A DNA stretch of 64,000 nucleotides, taken from a bacterium (GTDB lineage: Bacteria; UBA8248). A model generated the notes under the pieces. It searched no databases. It was given only the letters and a program-made list of their open reading frames with translations, and was not told the DNA's origin. The stretch lies in the NCBI GenBank assembly GCA_963692865.2, contig OY843592.1:480001-544000 (forward strand), read 5' to 3'. The position numbers and the translations under genes are program-made. This document shows positions 18,559-32,934 of the stretch, in pieces (position 1 is the first letter of the stretch; every line of letters starts with the position of its first letter).

Positions 18559-19563
18559 ATGCGCTCGAAAAAACCCTGGGCCGCCGTCACCTCCACATCC
18601 GATTTCCCCGTCGCCATGGCGCCCGTGAAAAGGGCGATGGCCGGCGTCGCGCCCGTCCGCGCCGTGGCGCTGCCCTTCAGACCCCTGGACGAAGCGGAAG
18701 AGGCCGCCTTCGCCGGGAAACTCAAAGGCGCGGAAGGGGTTCTGCTGCGCCCGGGCTACATCACCGCCTCCCTGCTCGATCGGTTGCCGGACCTGCGCGT
18801 GGTGGCCGTGCACGGCGCGGGCGTGGACCAGGTCGACGTGGCGGCCTGCACGGAGCGCGGCGTGCTCGTCACCAACGCGCCGGGGGCCAACGCGAACGCC
18901 GTGGCCGAGCTCACTCTCGGCCTGATGCTCTCCCTGGCCAGGCGCATCCCCCAGGCGGCGGCCATGGTGGGCCGGGAGCGGGCATGGGGCGAGGCGCGCC
19001 ACACGGGGGTGGAGCTCAAGGGCGGGACGCTGGGGCTCGTCGGGGTCGGACAGGTGGGGAGCCGGCTCGCGAAAACGGCGCTTGCGATGGGCATGAAGGT
19101 CCTCGCCTACGACCCGGGCCTCAAGAGCGGAGAGATAAGGGCGCGGGGCGCGAGACCGGCGCGGCTCGACACCCTCCTGGGCCGGGCCGATTTCGTCTCC
19201 CTCCACGCGCCGCTCACGCCCGAGACCCATCACCTGATCGACCGGCGGGCGCTCTCGAAAATGAAGAAGGGCGCGTTTCTCGTGAACGCCGCGCGAGGCC
19301 CGCTGGTGGACGAGGCGGCGCTGGCGCGCGCGCTCACGAGCGGACGAATCGGCGGGGCGGCCCTGGACGTGCTCGAAGGGGAGCCGCCCGACCCCGAAAG
19401 CGCCATCTTCGACGCGCCCAACCTCGTTCTCACGCCGCACATGGCGGGCTCCACCCGGGAGTGTCTCGAAGCCATCGCCGCGTGGGCGGGGGAGGACATC
19501 GCCCGCGTCCTGAGCGGCGGGAAACCGAAGCATCCGGTGAACGATCCCCGGAAAACCGGCTGA
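18559..19563 (+). CDS. D-isomer-specific 2-hydroxyacid dehydrogenase
   Basis: GVGQVG Rossmann motif, SLHAPLTPET, NAARG, LDV..EP, TPHMAG. Confidence 0.92.
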   Translation: MRSKKPWAAVTSTSDFPVAMAPVKRAMAGVAPVRAVALPFRPLDEAEEAAFAGKLKGAEGVLLRPGYITASLLDRLPDLRVVAVHGAGVDQVDVAACTERGVLVTNAPGANANAVAELTLGLMLSLARRIPQAAAMVGRERAWGEARHTGVELKGGTLGLVGVGQVGSRLAKTALAMGMKVLAYDPGLKSGEIRARGARPARLDTLLGRADFVSLHAPLTPETHHLIDRRALSKMKKGAFLVNAARGPLVDEAALARALTSGRIGGAALDVLEGEPPDPESAIFDAPNLVLTPHMAGSTRECLEAIAAWAGEDIARVLSGGKPKHPVNDPRKTG

Positions 19564-19919
19564 CCCTCCGTTCGACTCGTTTCGGCTGAAAAACCGAATA
19601 AGTCCTTAAATATCAAATATATAAATTTTCAGTTATTTATCGAAAAACATCGTGAATTTATACATATTTATCTTATTTTACAGAAATTCCAAAGGACTTC
19701 TCACCGGCGGATCCCGCGCCGGAAACCTCGTCCGGCGCCCTCATATCCTCACCGCTTCGCTTCATCTTCGCTCCCCGTCTCCCTCTCGACGCGCCCCGAA
19801 AACGCCCCCGCCCGCAAACCCCGCCAGGCGACCGTGGAGGCGGGCCCGGGGCGGGGAGAATAGCGCGAATCCCCCACGTCCGCCATACGCGCAAATGCGG
19901 GGTCAATCCCGACCGGGGA

Positions 19920-20356
19920 GGGGCTGTTGAAAAACCCTGTTTCACGTGCGGGCGGACCTGTGTGTCCGCCCATCCCCTCGGGAGCGGCCCGCATGCCGTG
20001 AACCGGAAGGGTCGTATGTGGGGCTGTTGAAAAAGCCCCGCCAAGGGCAGCGAACGCTTCCTCCCCGGTCGCGTCGAACCCTCATTCCTCAATCGCGTTC
20101 GACCCCAAAGACCGCCAACGCCTCTTTCCTCACCCTGAGTAGCCGCCGAAGGCGGCGTATCGAAGGGGCCTGTCCTGAGCCTGTCGAAAGGCGATGGGAG
20201 TCGAACGCCTCGCGCCGGGCGAGAGGGCGCATCCTTCGATACGGCGCTTACGCGCCTACTCAGGATGAGGCAGGTGGGGGGACGGCGGAGCCTGCCCTGA
20301 GCCTGTCGAAGGGCCGCTACCCAGGATGAGGCGGAGAGGGGTTTTTCAACAGCCCC
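19920..20356. mobile_element. MITE-like element with perfect 18-bp terminal inverted repeats and REP cargo
   Basis: GGGGCTGTTGAAAAACCC at 19920-19937 and GGGTTTTTCAACAGCCCC at 20339-20356; no transposase inside. Confidence 0.65.
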
Positions 20357-20569
20357 GAGGAGGAAAGGATTGCGCGCGCCCGCGCCGACACCGGGCATGG
20401 CCGTGAACGCGGGGAGGAGCAAGCGGGGGGTGAAACGCAATCCCCGCCCCCCCTTGTCGGGAGCTCCTCCCGCCTCATCGTGAGGGAGCATCCTCCTGCC
20501 CCTCGTCAAGGGACGCAAGAGGGGTCGTTTTCAGTGCGAGGGGAAAGCGTCCGCGCGGAACCGGCTTCC

Positions 20570-23104
20570 TCAAGACCCGAAGGCGTATCTGGCGTTCAGG
20601 AACAACGTGCGCCCTTGGGCGGAGACGAAAGTCAGATCCGGCTCGTCATCGGCGATGGAAGGCCCGTGGTCGGCGATGTTCAGCACCCCGCCGATGAGTT
20701 CCATCCCCCGGAAACCGAACGCATCTCGCCAGCGCAGCGTGAGGTCGTGGCTCATCCACGCCCCGTACCGGGCGGTTTCGTCCTCATTCCAATACTCCGA
20801 AAGCCCGTAAACGCTCCAGTTGACCGTCACGCGGCCCCGGCTCACCCGGAACGACCCGTGAAGGCGGTCGCGCGGAAAGGCGTTGGGAGACTTCTCGCCG
20901 GCCACCCGGATTTCGTCCTCGGTGACGCGCGTCCAGCGAAGGGCGAAGGCCAGGTCCGCCGCGTCGGTCTCCAGATCGACGCGCGCCTTGAGGTCGATGC
21001 CTTTCATGTCGCTTTCCCCGGCGTTATCCCACGATCCCTCGATCCGCCGGATCAGGTTCCCGTCGCGCACCACCCGAACGCCCACGGGCAACTGCCCTTT
21101 CTCTTCGAGGTCGAGGATGGTCTGCGCCTCCAGCTCCGCCGGCTGATGGGAAATGCTTATCCGGAACCAGTCCAGACTCAGCGAAAAAGACCCCAGGTTC
21201 GCTGCCGCGCCGATGCTCAGGCTTTTCGCGTCGTCCGGTTCGAGATCGGGATTTCCGCTCGATCTGTGCTCCACCTGCGTCCTGTCGCAATCGGCGAGGT
21301 CGCCGGTGTGCGTACTCACGTCGCACACGTATGGATAGCTGACCGATTGCCCGCGCAGGTTGAGGACGCTCAGGGCGGGCGGCGCGCCGCTCGTTCCCCA
21401 GGACGCGCGGAGAGCGAGGTTCTTGTTCAGCCGGTACCTGCTCGCGGCCTGACCGGAGAACGCCGCGCCGACGTCGTCGTGATCGTCATGCCGCCCGGCG
21501 AGGGTGAGATCCCAATTCTCGCTCAAGGGCAGAGAGACTTCCGAGAACGCCGAGAAGGTGGTCCGATCGCCTTGCGACGAACTTCCGCCGGAGCCGAGCA
21601 CGTCGGTCGACGGGTAGGAGTCGCCGCCCGCGTCCCGATAGTCGTGGATGTTCTTCCAGTCCTGAGACGCGATTTCCGCGCCCGCCGCCCAGAGGACGTC
21701 GCCGGCCGGCAGCGGGAACGCCTTGCCGTTGAACGAGGCCCGCGCCGCCGTGTACTCGGCGACCTGTTCCTGAACGAGTTTGAGGCTGGTCTGCCGAATC
21801 GCCGCCAGATGTCCGGGATCGGTCGAAAACGGGTTTTCGAGGTCGTAGCGCCCATCGGCAATCGCTTTCGCAATCGCGCTCCCGCTCACGAAGGTGCTCC
21901 CGTCCACGGTCAGATCGCGCAGATGGTAGCGGACGTGCGCGTCGTAGCCGACCTCGCCCAACTCGCCCCGGACGCCGAGCGTGAGGTCGCGCTCCTCGAC
22001 CTCCGTCACCCATTTGCGGTCGCCGTGGGCGACGAACCGGTGAGCCACGGTTATCTCCTCGGGAAGAGCGTCGATATCGGGGTCCCGAAGCAACTTGTCT
22101 CTGAGCGATTGCGGGGGAGAGAAGGAGAAACTGCCGACCGAGGGAGCGTAAAGGAGCGTGCTTTCGCTTTGAGCGGCCCTGGCGTCGAGATAGACGTCGG
22201 CGTTCCCGCCGAGCGGGTGCTCCGCGCTCAAGAACAGACCCTCGCGCTCGAGACGCTCCCCCCAATCGAGATGCCATTTGGTGGCCGTATAGTCGAAGCC
22301 GCAGCCCACGCCGGGGTGGCCTCGGGGGTTGGTGAGCCCGACCACGTAGCCGCTTCCCTCGCAGGCGCCGAGAGGCCGGGCGAGGGTGGTCCCGCCCGGA
22401 GGCGTGATGAAGGCGGTGTTGCCGCCCACCGACACATCCCGCGCGTCGGCGAAAGAACCGCCCGGCGTCCATGAAGCCCGGGAGTAGTCCCTGTCGGCGT
22501 CCCGTATCTCCTCCCGCCGGACGACGTCGACGCCGACCACGGCGCGCCCCTGTCCGAGCGCGCCTCCCCAAACGAAGCTCCCGTGCTCTGAATCGCCGCC
22601 CGCCTGCTCCGGCCGGGCCGCGCCGGCCCGGACCTCGACGCCCTTGAAACCGCTCCTGAGCACGATGTTAATCGCGCCCCCCACCGCGTGCCCGCCGTGC
22701 AGCGCGGCGGCGTCGCCGCTCAGTATCTCGATTCGCTCTATCGCGGAGAGTGGGAACGCTTCGTAGTCAAAATCCGAATAGGATACGCGGCGTCCGTTGA
22801 CGAGGATCACCCGCCGGCCGCTCCCCGCAACGGATGATCGGTACAGGCCGAAGCTGTTGAACACTGCGCGGCTCTGCAGCAGGTCGCGCACGTTCTGGGC
22901 GCCCGAGAGTTCGATGTCTTGCCGCGTGATCACGTGGACGGGGCGCGGGGATTCCGACGCGGACCGGGGAACGTGGCCCGCCGCCGAGGCGCGCTCGCCC
23001 GCGCTCTTCTCCTGGGCGGCTGTATCCACCGCCCCCGCCGGGAAGATCGCGAGAAAAAACGCCATAAGGGCGGCGTAACCTGTCCGTTTGGGGATCGTGC
23101 GCAT
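20570..23104 (-). CDS. TonB-dependent receptor
   Basis: Signal peptide; plug motifs PVHVITRQDIE.SG and IERIEIL.G.AAALHGG.AVGGAINI; GNPDLEP; C-terminal beta strand GRTLFLNARYAF. Confidence 0.9.
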   Translation of the reverse strand: MRTIPKRTGYAALMAFFLAIFPAGAVDTAAQEKSAGERASAAGHVPRSASESPRPVHVITRQDIELSGAQNVRDLLQSRAVFNSFGLYRSSVAGSGRRVILVNGRRVSYSDFDYEAFPLSAIERIEILSGDAAALHGGHAVGGAINIVLRSGFKGVEVRAGAARPEQAGGDSEHGSFVWGGALGQGRAVVGVDVVRREEIRDADRDYSRASWTPGGSFADARDVSVGGNTAFITPPGGTTLARPLGACEGSGYVVGLTNPRGHPGVGCGFDYTATKWHLDWGERLEREGLFLSAEHPLGGNADVYLDARAAQSESTLLYAPSVGSFSFSPPQSLRDKLLRDPDIDALPEEITVAHRFVAHGDRKWVTEVEERDLTLGVRGELGEVGYDAHVRYHLRDLTVDGSTFVSGSAIAKAIADGRYDLENPFSTDPGHLAAIRQTSLKLVQEQVAEYTAARASFNGKAFPLPAGDVLWAAGAEIASQDWKNIHDYRDAGGDSYPSTDVLGSGGSSSQGDRTTFSAFSEVSLPLSENWDLTLAGRHDDHDDVGAAFSGQAASRYRLNKNLALRASWGTSGAPPALSVLNLRGQSVSYPYVCDVSTHTGDLADCDRTQVEHRSSGNPDLEPDDAKSLSIGAAANLGSFSLSLDWFRISISHQPAELEAQTILDLEEKGQLPVGVRVVRDGNLIRRIEGSWDNAGESDMKGIDLKARVDLETDAADLAFALRWTRVTEDEIRVAGEKSPNAFPRDRLHGSFRVSRGRVTVNWSVYGLSEYWNEDETARYGAWMSHDLTLRWRDAFGFRGMELIGGVLNIADHGPSIADDEPDLTFVSAQGRTLFLNARYAFGS

Positions 23105-23205
23105 GGGGGCCTCCTCGTGTGTTTTTCCGGGCCGTGTGATTGTCAAACCAATAGTAGGAGCAACGCGCGGGGTTCTCAAGTTTTTTTCGCGAACCGCGGC
23201 GAAAA

Positions 23206-23398
23206 GGGGTTGTTGAAAAACCTGTCCCTCTCGGATCAACCACGTTTTACCCGTAGGTCGGACATATATGTCCGACATATCATGCGACCCGTATTGTGAA
23301 GGCGAAAAAGCCGGGCCGCATGATATGCGGCCCCTACAATAGAAACGACAATGACGGCGGTGGTCAATCCGAGCGAGGAGGGGTTTTTCAACAGCCCC
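23206..23398. mobile_element. MITE-like element enclosing a GTAG-type REP doublet
   Basis: GGGGTTGTTGAAAAACC ... GGGTTTTTCAACAGCCCC. The internal segment 23253-23338 recurs inverted at about 35955-36038. Confidence 0.65.
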
Positions 23399-23523
23399 GA
23401 AAGGGTAAGGTTTTCGACCGGGAAACGATATGTCCGCCCGCAGGCGGCGAAACGAACGGAGGTGAAGGACAAAAACAGGAGAGGGCGCGCAAGTCCTTCC
23501 CGGCGGAGTGGCGAACCGGCGAT

Positions 23524-24078
23524 TCACTCCGAGAAATAGCGCTCCATCCACTGCTCCACGTCGAAACTCCACGTCTGGGCGTCTATTTCGCGGAAAATGC
23601 TCTGAAACACCGGCTTCGAATCTCCGGGCTTCATCACCCGAAAGCCCCAGCGCACGGCGTGATCCGCATCCCCCGCGTCGTCCCCCTCGTCCGCCTCGCC
23701 GCCCCATGAGCCGCTCACGAGCACGAACCTGATGAACCGCCTCGACAGGAAGGAGCGCAGGTCGACCACGTCGTATTCTATCCGAACGACGTAGTCGGGC
23801 TTCTCAAGTGGCGCGCCCCTATCGTTCAGCCGGACGCAGCGGAACCGGGGGGTGAACGACAATCCCCTGCAGGCGGCTTCGCGCACCTCGGCGTCCTCGG
23901 GGGTGAGGGGCGAGATGACGTGATCATCGGTGGGAACCAGCCTGGCCTGAACGGCCACCATATATTTTTCTTTCGCCTGGATGCGGGCGATCCGCTGATA
24001 CGGGGAATCGGCGAGCTCAATTCCCGCGCACCCGCTCAAAAAAACCAGCATGACGAGGCAACAGGCAAGACGCTTCAT
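23524..24078 (-). CDS. Hypothetical lipoprotein
   Basis: MKRLACCLVMLVFLSGC lipobox; ATGA overlap with the upstream gene. Confidence 0.7.
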   Translation of the reverse strand: MKRLACCLVMLVFLSGCAGIELADSPYQRIARIQAKEKYMVAVQARLVPTDDHVISPLTPEDAEVREAACRGLSFTPRFRCVRLNDRGAPLEKPDYVVRIEYDVVDLRSFLSRRFIRFVLVSGSWGGEADEGDDAGDADHAVRWGFRVMKPGDSKPVFQSIFREIDAQTWSFDVEQWMERYFSE

Positions 24079-24524
24079 CTCTCTCGTCCTTTGGACGGCG
24101 GCGGGTGGACATCCTTTTTCTGCGGCGCGTCGGCGGCGTACTCTATCTTCGGCCACAAATCCCACGCGCGGGCGATCACGCGCGCCTCGCCCTGATCCAG
24201 CAGGCTCACGCGCACCCCGCGCGACTGGTTCACGAGTTTCTTGTAGAGAATCGGCACGTCGAGGTCGCCCACGGCCTCATCCACCTCGCGGAAGCGCTCG
24301 AGGCCCTTCTTGAGGTTGGCGAGCGCGCCCTTGTGGTGGCGCTGCTGGAGCTTCACGTAGCCCGCGGCGATCTGGATGAGACCCTGGTAGAACTTCTTGG
24401 GCACCGGCTCGGCGTTCATCCAGATGCCCTCCCACGCCTCGTGCGCGCACCAGTATTCCCCCTGGTTGAACAGGAAAACGCCCGCGTCGCTGCGCGCCTC
24501 CCAGGGAATGGGGAACATTTTCAT
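24075..24524 (-). CDS. DUF309 domain protein
   Basis: GVFLFNQGEYW.AHEAWE.IW and YQGLIQIAAG motifs; GGAGG RBS. Confidence 0.85.
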   Translation of the reverse strand: MKMFPIPWEARSDAGVFLFNQGEYWCAHEAWEGIWMNAEPVPKKFYQGLIQIAAGYVKLQQRHHKGALANLKKGLERFREVDEAVGDLDVPILYKKLVNQSRGVRVSLLDQGEARVIARAWDLWPKIEYAADAPQKKDVHPPPSKGRER

Positions 24525-24809
24525 CCTCCGTGAAAAGCCTCTCGTCGCCGAACACCAAGAAAGCAACTCTTGATGCAGGCGACGCGCCCGCCGCCCAGGG
24601 CGACGCCCTTTCCCGTAGAATAACGCTCTTCGCGCGAGGGTGCTACCGGAAAATGACCCGTGTTTGCCGCGTCGCAAGAGCAATTTGCGACAATTCGATT
24701 GGTGAGGGAAATTGCGCAGGTTGCCGTAGGGGCGGACCTAAGTGTCCGCCCAAAAGTTCGTGAACAACCCACAAGAAAAAATGGGGATTGAAACGCCTAT
24801 TGGTTAAAC

Positions 24810-25676
24810 CTACAGAGCGGAGAAAAATTCCTCATCCGGCGTGATTTCCGTCTTCACGCCAAGTTCTAATTTTTTCAACAACTCACAAAGTTCAAGACCA
24901 TCGATAAGGTCAATGGCCGGGGCGCCGTCTCTCACCGCTTCTCGCTCCGCTTCCTTGGTGAATCTTCCGGTGGTCATAAACAACCCTTTATCCGCGCGGC
25001 CAACCATCGCACCCCTGAAATCTCGAATCGCGCCTGCGCCAACTGAGTCTGTATACCTCTTGCATTGAAATCGGACATGAAACGAAAGGAGATTGACGCG
25101 CAAAACTCCTGCGCCATCTATGCCGCCATCGCCAGATTTTCCCGTTACCTCTACTTTCGTGAAACCGGACTCACGAAGGATGCGCTGGCAGAGACGCTCG
25201 AAGGCGTCGGGTTCAATACGGCGAACAATATCGAGTAGCTTTTCTTGCCAATCCGTTTCAGGCAAATCAACATTCTCAGTGTCGTTATTCTCTATACACG
25301 CCGAATTCGTAGACGTATCAACACTCTTCGCCTTCTGCGCTTGGTAATTGTTCCACCACTCGCGGTTGAGACTACGTACTTGATTATCATCCTGAATTTG
25401 CCTGCCTCGTTCAGTGATCGTCCAAACACCCTTGGATGTATTATCGACCGCGCCGATCTTCTTAAGTGCAGTACGCGCCCATGCAGAGCGAAATTCAAAT
25501 TCTGATTGAGTACCACCTTCTTTGTGTGGAACCTCCAAAATCTGATCAGATAACCCTAAGTCGGACGTGATTTGTTCCAAGAGTTCCTGAATAGAAGCGG
25601 AACCTCCTTTCGCTTCTAAAGCTTTCAGTGTAGGCCAAAGCAAATCGTCGGATTTTATAGTCCATTGTTTCGCCAT
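24810..25676 (-). CDS. mrr: Mrr-family (type IV) restriction endonuclease
   Basis: N-terminal Mrr_N-like WARTALK..G; catalytic GDGGIDG...QCKRY, IRDFRGA, IDLIDG. Visibly lower GC than its neighbours. Confidence 0.9.
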   Translation of the reverse strand: MAKQWTIKSDDLLWPTLKALEAKGGSASIQELLEQITSDLGLSDQILEVPHKEGGTQSEFEFRSAWARTALKKIGAVDNTSKGVWTITERGRQIQDDNQVRSLNREWWNNYQAQKAKSVDTSTNSACIENNDTENVDLPETDWQEKLLDIVRRIEPDAFERLCQRILRESGFTKVEVTGKSGDGGIDGAGVLRVNLLSFHVRFQCKRYTDSVGAGAIRDFRGAMVGRADKGLFMTTGRFTKEAEREAVRDGAPAIDLIDGLELCELLKKLELGVKTEITPDEEFFSAL

Positions 25677-25919
25677 ACGTTATCCCTTTTCCCGTCTATT
25701 CGTGTTTCCTCTATGGCTTCTAAATTGTAATCCGAAAGGGCACAAACGTCATTTATTCTGCCTGGTTTCCGGCATCCGCCGGAATGACGGACGAAATCAT
25801 TCCAAACCTGTAAGAGGAGGTCAATCTCTACGCATGAGAGAGGAATGGATATGTAAGAGAATCGAGCGGACACATCGGTCCGCCCCTATAAGTCAATTTC
25901 TTCAGTATCGTGCGCGAAT

Positions 25920-26158
25920 CACTCCCCCCTTGAGGGTTGGGCTTCCCGAGGGGAAAGCCCAACGATGAAGCCGAGCGGTTTGTGCGAAGGCTGAATCGGT
26001 GGGGGTAAAACGTGTTTTTTCGCCATTCCGAATTATACCCCCCACCGAATCGCTTTCGGGCTTGCGCCCTTGGCTCTTCGACTCCCCCTCAAGGGGGGAG
26101 TGAAATTCAAAAGCGTTCGTGAAACCTACAATCGCTTCCGGAGGTTTTTCAACAGCCT
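25920..26158. repeat. Family A palindromic element plus a TTTTTCAACAGCC end
   Basis: Same terminal palindromes and CCCCACCGA core as 145-301. Confidence 0.7.
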
Positions 26159-26269
26159 CTTGAGGGTAGAGTGAGCGGAACCATCAGCTTCAAGAGCAAC
26201 TCTCCCGGCGCAGACACAAAAACCACGCCGTCGGGCCAAACATCGCCCATCAGATTGCGCACAGCTTCC

Positions 26270-26881
26270 TCAAGGCCCCCAGGCGAGAAAAACCGGGATG
26301 AGCGACGCCAAGAGCAGAAGCGCCATCACTGCGTTGAAAATCCTGAGCCATTTCCTGGCGGTCAATATCCGTCCGATTCCGACGCCGAACAACGTCCAGA
26401 TGGAAATGCTTGGTATGCAGACGATTAGAAATATCGAGGCGATCAGAGCGATTTCAAAGTAAAAATATCCGCTCGCGCTCGTATACGCGGTGATCGCGCC
26501 CACCGCCATGACCCAGGCCTTGGGGTTCACCCACTGGAAACCGGCGGCCTGGAGAAAGGTGAATGGGCTACCGGACTTTTCCCTCGATCCGCCCACTCCA
26601 TCGGCGGTCGCGATTTTCCACGCCATCCAGAGGATGTAGGCGCAACCGAGAGATTTGAGGACGATGTGGACTCCGGGCAACGCATGGAATAATCCGCCCA
26701 GGCCGAGCCCCACGGCGATCACCATGACCGGAAATCCGAGGCTGATTCCCAGTATGTGCCCGAGCGTTCGGCGATACCCGAAGTTCGTCCCCGAAGCCAT
26801 CACCATGATGGTGTTGGGACCGGGCGTGATGGTGGTGGAAACCGCAAACGAGAGCACGGGCGCGATGAGTTCCATCATCAT
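26270..26881 (-). CDS. LysE/RhtB family amino acid exporter
   Basis: ITPGPNT..SG.NFG and FQWVNPKAW motifs; hydrophobic helices. Confidence 0.9.
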   Translation of the reverse strand: MMMELIAPVLSFAVSTTITPGPNTIMVMASGTNFGYRRTLGHILGISLGFPVMVIAVGLGLGGLFHALPGVHIVLKSLGCAYILWMAWKIATADGVGGSREKSGSPFTFLQAAGFQWVNPKAWVMAVGAITAYTSASGYFYFEIALIASIFLIVCIPSISIWTLFGVGIGRILTARKWLRIFNAVMALLLLASLIPVFLAWGP

Positions 26882-26906
26882 GAGAAAACGACACTCCCTG
26901 CACAGA

Positions 26907-26944
26907 CAAAAAAACCCGCCGGCGCGCTTGCCGGCGGGGTTTTC
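26907..26944 (-). terminator. rrn operon terminator
   Basis: GC-rich hairpin CCCGCCGGC..GCCGGCGGG with a T-tract on the minus strand, directly after 5S. Confidence 0.8.
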
Positions 26945-26952
26945 GGTTCATA

Positions 26953-27068
26953 TTCCGGCGACGACCCACTCTCCCACGGAAAGGACCGCAGTACCATAGG
27001 CGCTGGCGGGCTTAACTGCCGTGTTCGGGATGGGAACGGGTGTGGCCCCGCCGCTATAGCCACCGGAA
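26953..27068 (-). rRNA. rrf: 5S rRNA
   Basis: Reverse complement contains CCCGTTCCCATCCCGAACACGG and GATGGTACT-like conserved segments. Ends approximate. Confidence 0.95.
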
Positions 27069-27150
27069 ATTCCTGAAATTCCCGACAATCAAATCACGCG
27101 ATTGGCGACATCAAGCTCCCGGCCGAGAACCGATGAGAGAAATCTCGAAT

Positions 27151-30141
<2,991 letters not shown>

Positions 30142-30295
30142 GAATCTTGAGATTTCAGATCCTCAGCCAATACTGAGAGCCTTCAATGATTATGCCAATT
30201 CACGCGATTCGATTGTCAAAGAGCAAAAGGCGGAAGAAACTCCCGCCCGGATTGCTGAAGAATTCAAATTCATCGTCCACAGCCGCCGGTTCAGA

Positions 30296-30371
30296 TGGTG
30301 GAGATGAGCGGGCTCGAACCGCCGACCTCCTGGTTGCAAACCAGGCGCTCTCCCGACTGAGCTACATCCCC
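30296..30371 (-). tRNA. tRNA-Ala(UGC)
   Basis: GGGGATGTAGCTCAG...TTTGCAA...GGTTCGAG...CCA in the rrn spacer. Confidence 0.96.
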
Positions 30372-30496
30372 ATCTCAGATTCCGCTTCAGGGAACGGCCC
30401 GCGACGATGAGCCTGCTCGGCTCCGCTCAACGGTCCATCCACGCCATCGCTCCCAGGCGTTTCATGTCATGCGCCTCGTCCCCGACCATCCCGATA

Positions 30497-30573
30497 TGGT
30501 GGGCCTACCTGGATTTGAACCAGGGACCTCGCGCTTATCAGGCGCGCGCTCTGACCAACTGAGCTATAGGCCC
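30497..30573 (-). tRNA. tRNA-Ile(GAU)
   Basis: GGGCCTATAGCTCAG...CTGATAA...GGTTCAAATCC...CCA in the rrn spacer. Confidence 0.96.
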
Positions 30574-30888
30574 GCGACCTCGCCCGCGCGATCTTGAATC
30601 CAACTACCGCGTCGGGACTCACCCAGGCATTCGGCCCAAATTCAAATGCAATCGAATCCGGGACAATTCGCATACCCGCTGTGGCGTTATTCTCAAGAAC
30701 AGGATATGGACGGCCCGAGACGGGCCATCGACCTTGAAGCGCCGATTCGTTCTGCAACCATCCTGCCATACGCCAAGGGCGCAAGGCGGCGTCGCACGAT
30801 CTTCAGGCAAGTGAGCGGCTTGTTCTCACCGGACGGCGAAAACGCCCTCTCTCCCCTCCCGTGCTTTTTGAAAACGAATCTTTCAGCA

Positions 30889-32447
<1,559 letters not shown>

Positions 32448-32568
32448 ATATTTCGTTTCCAAAGGGAAATAACACCCCGCCGGTTTCCCGGGGGGCCTCC
32501 CATCCCTCTGGGTTCAATCGGGAATTGTGCTACTGAGCCCGTTCAGGTCCGTCACATATCCTATTCTT

Positions 32569-32801
32569 TTTTCAAAGAGCATTTCTTCTTGAAACAAGAA
32601 GGAAAATTCAGATTACCAACGATTGACGTTTCATGTCAACCCGCAAATGCCTGCAAATGCGCGAAAATACAACCGAGAAAAACCTTCTCCCGCGAGGGGT
32701 GAGCTCCCGAACCGCTCGCTCTCAACCGCGCATACCGCATGTCGTTTCTTGTTGGCCATTCAAGGCTGGCGAAATATAGTGGTTTGAAATCGCTTTGTCA
32801 A
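32569..32801 (-). promoter_or_regulatory. rrn tandem promoters and boxA
   Basis: TTGACA-17-TATATT (32801-32773), TTGACA-18-TAATCT (32639-32610) and boxA TGCTCTTTGAAAA (32581-32569). A second boxA lies in the spacer at about 30213-30225. Confidence 0.75.
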
Positions 32802-32934
32802 AGAAAAAAACCGGATTTTTCCGCTTTTTTTTGGGAATCCGAAAAATCATGCGCCCGTTTGTTTTGATTGGGTTTTTCCGTCCGAACCGAAGACCGGCAA
32901 CCCGAGAAGAGACCGGGGCCGCGCGAAAATTTTT

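Noticed and set aside
23105-23707. N-terminal 200-aa extension of the TonB receptor ORF, and similar extensions at 35582-35995, 36008-36274 and 48005-48973
   Set aside because: These run through repeat elements or other genes; better starts with an RBS or signal peptide lie downstream.
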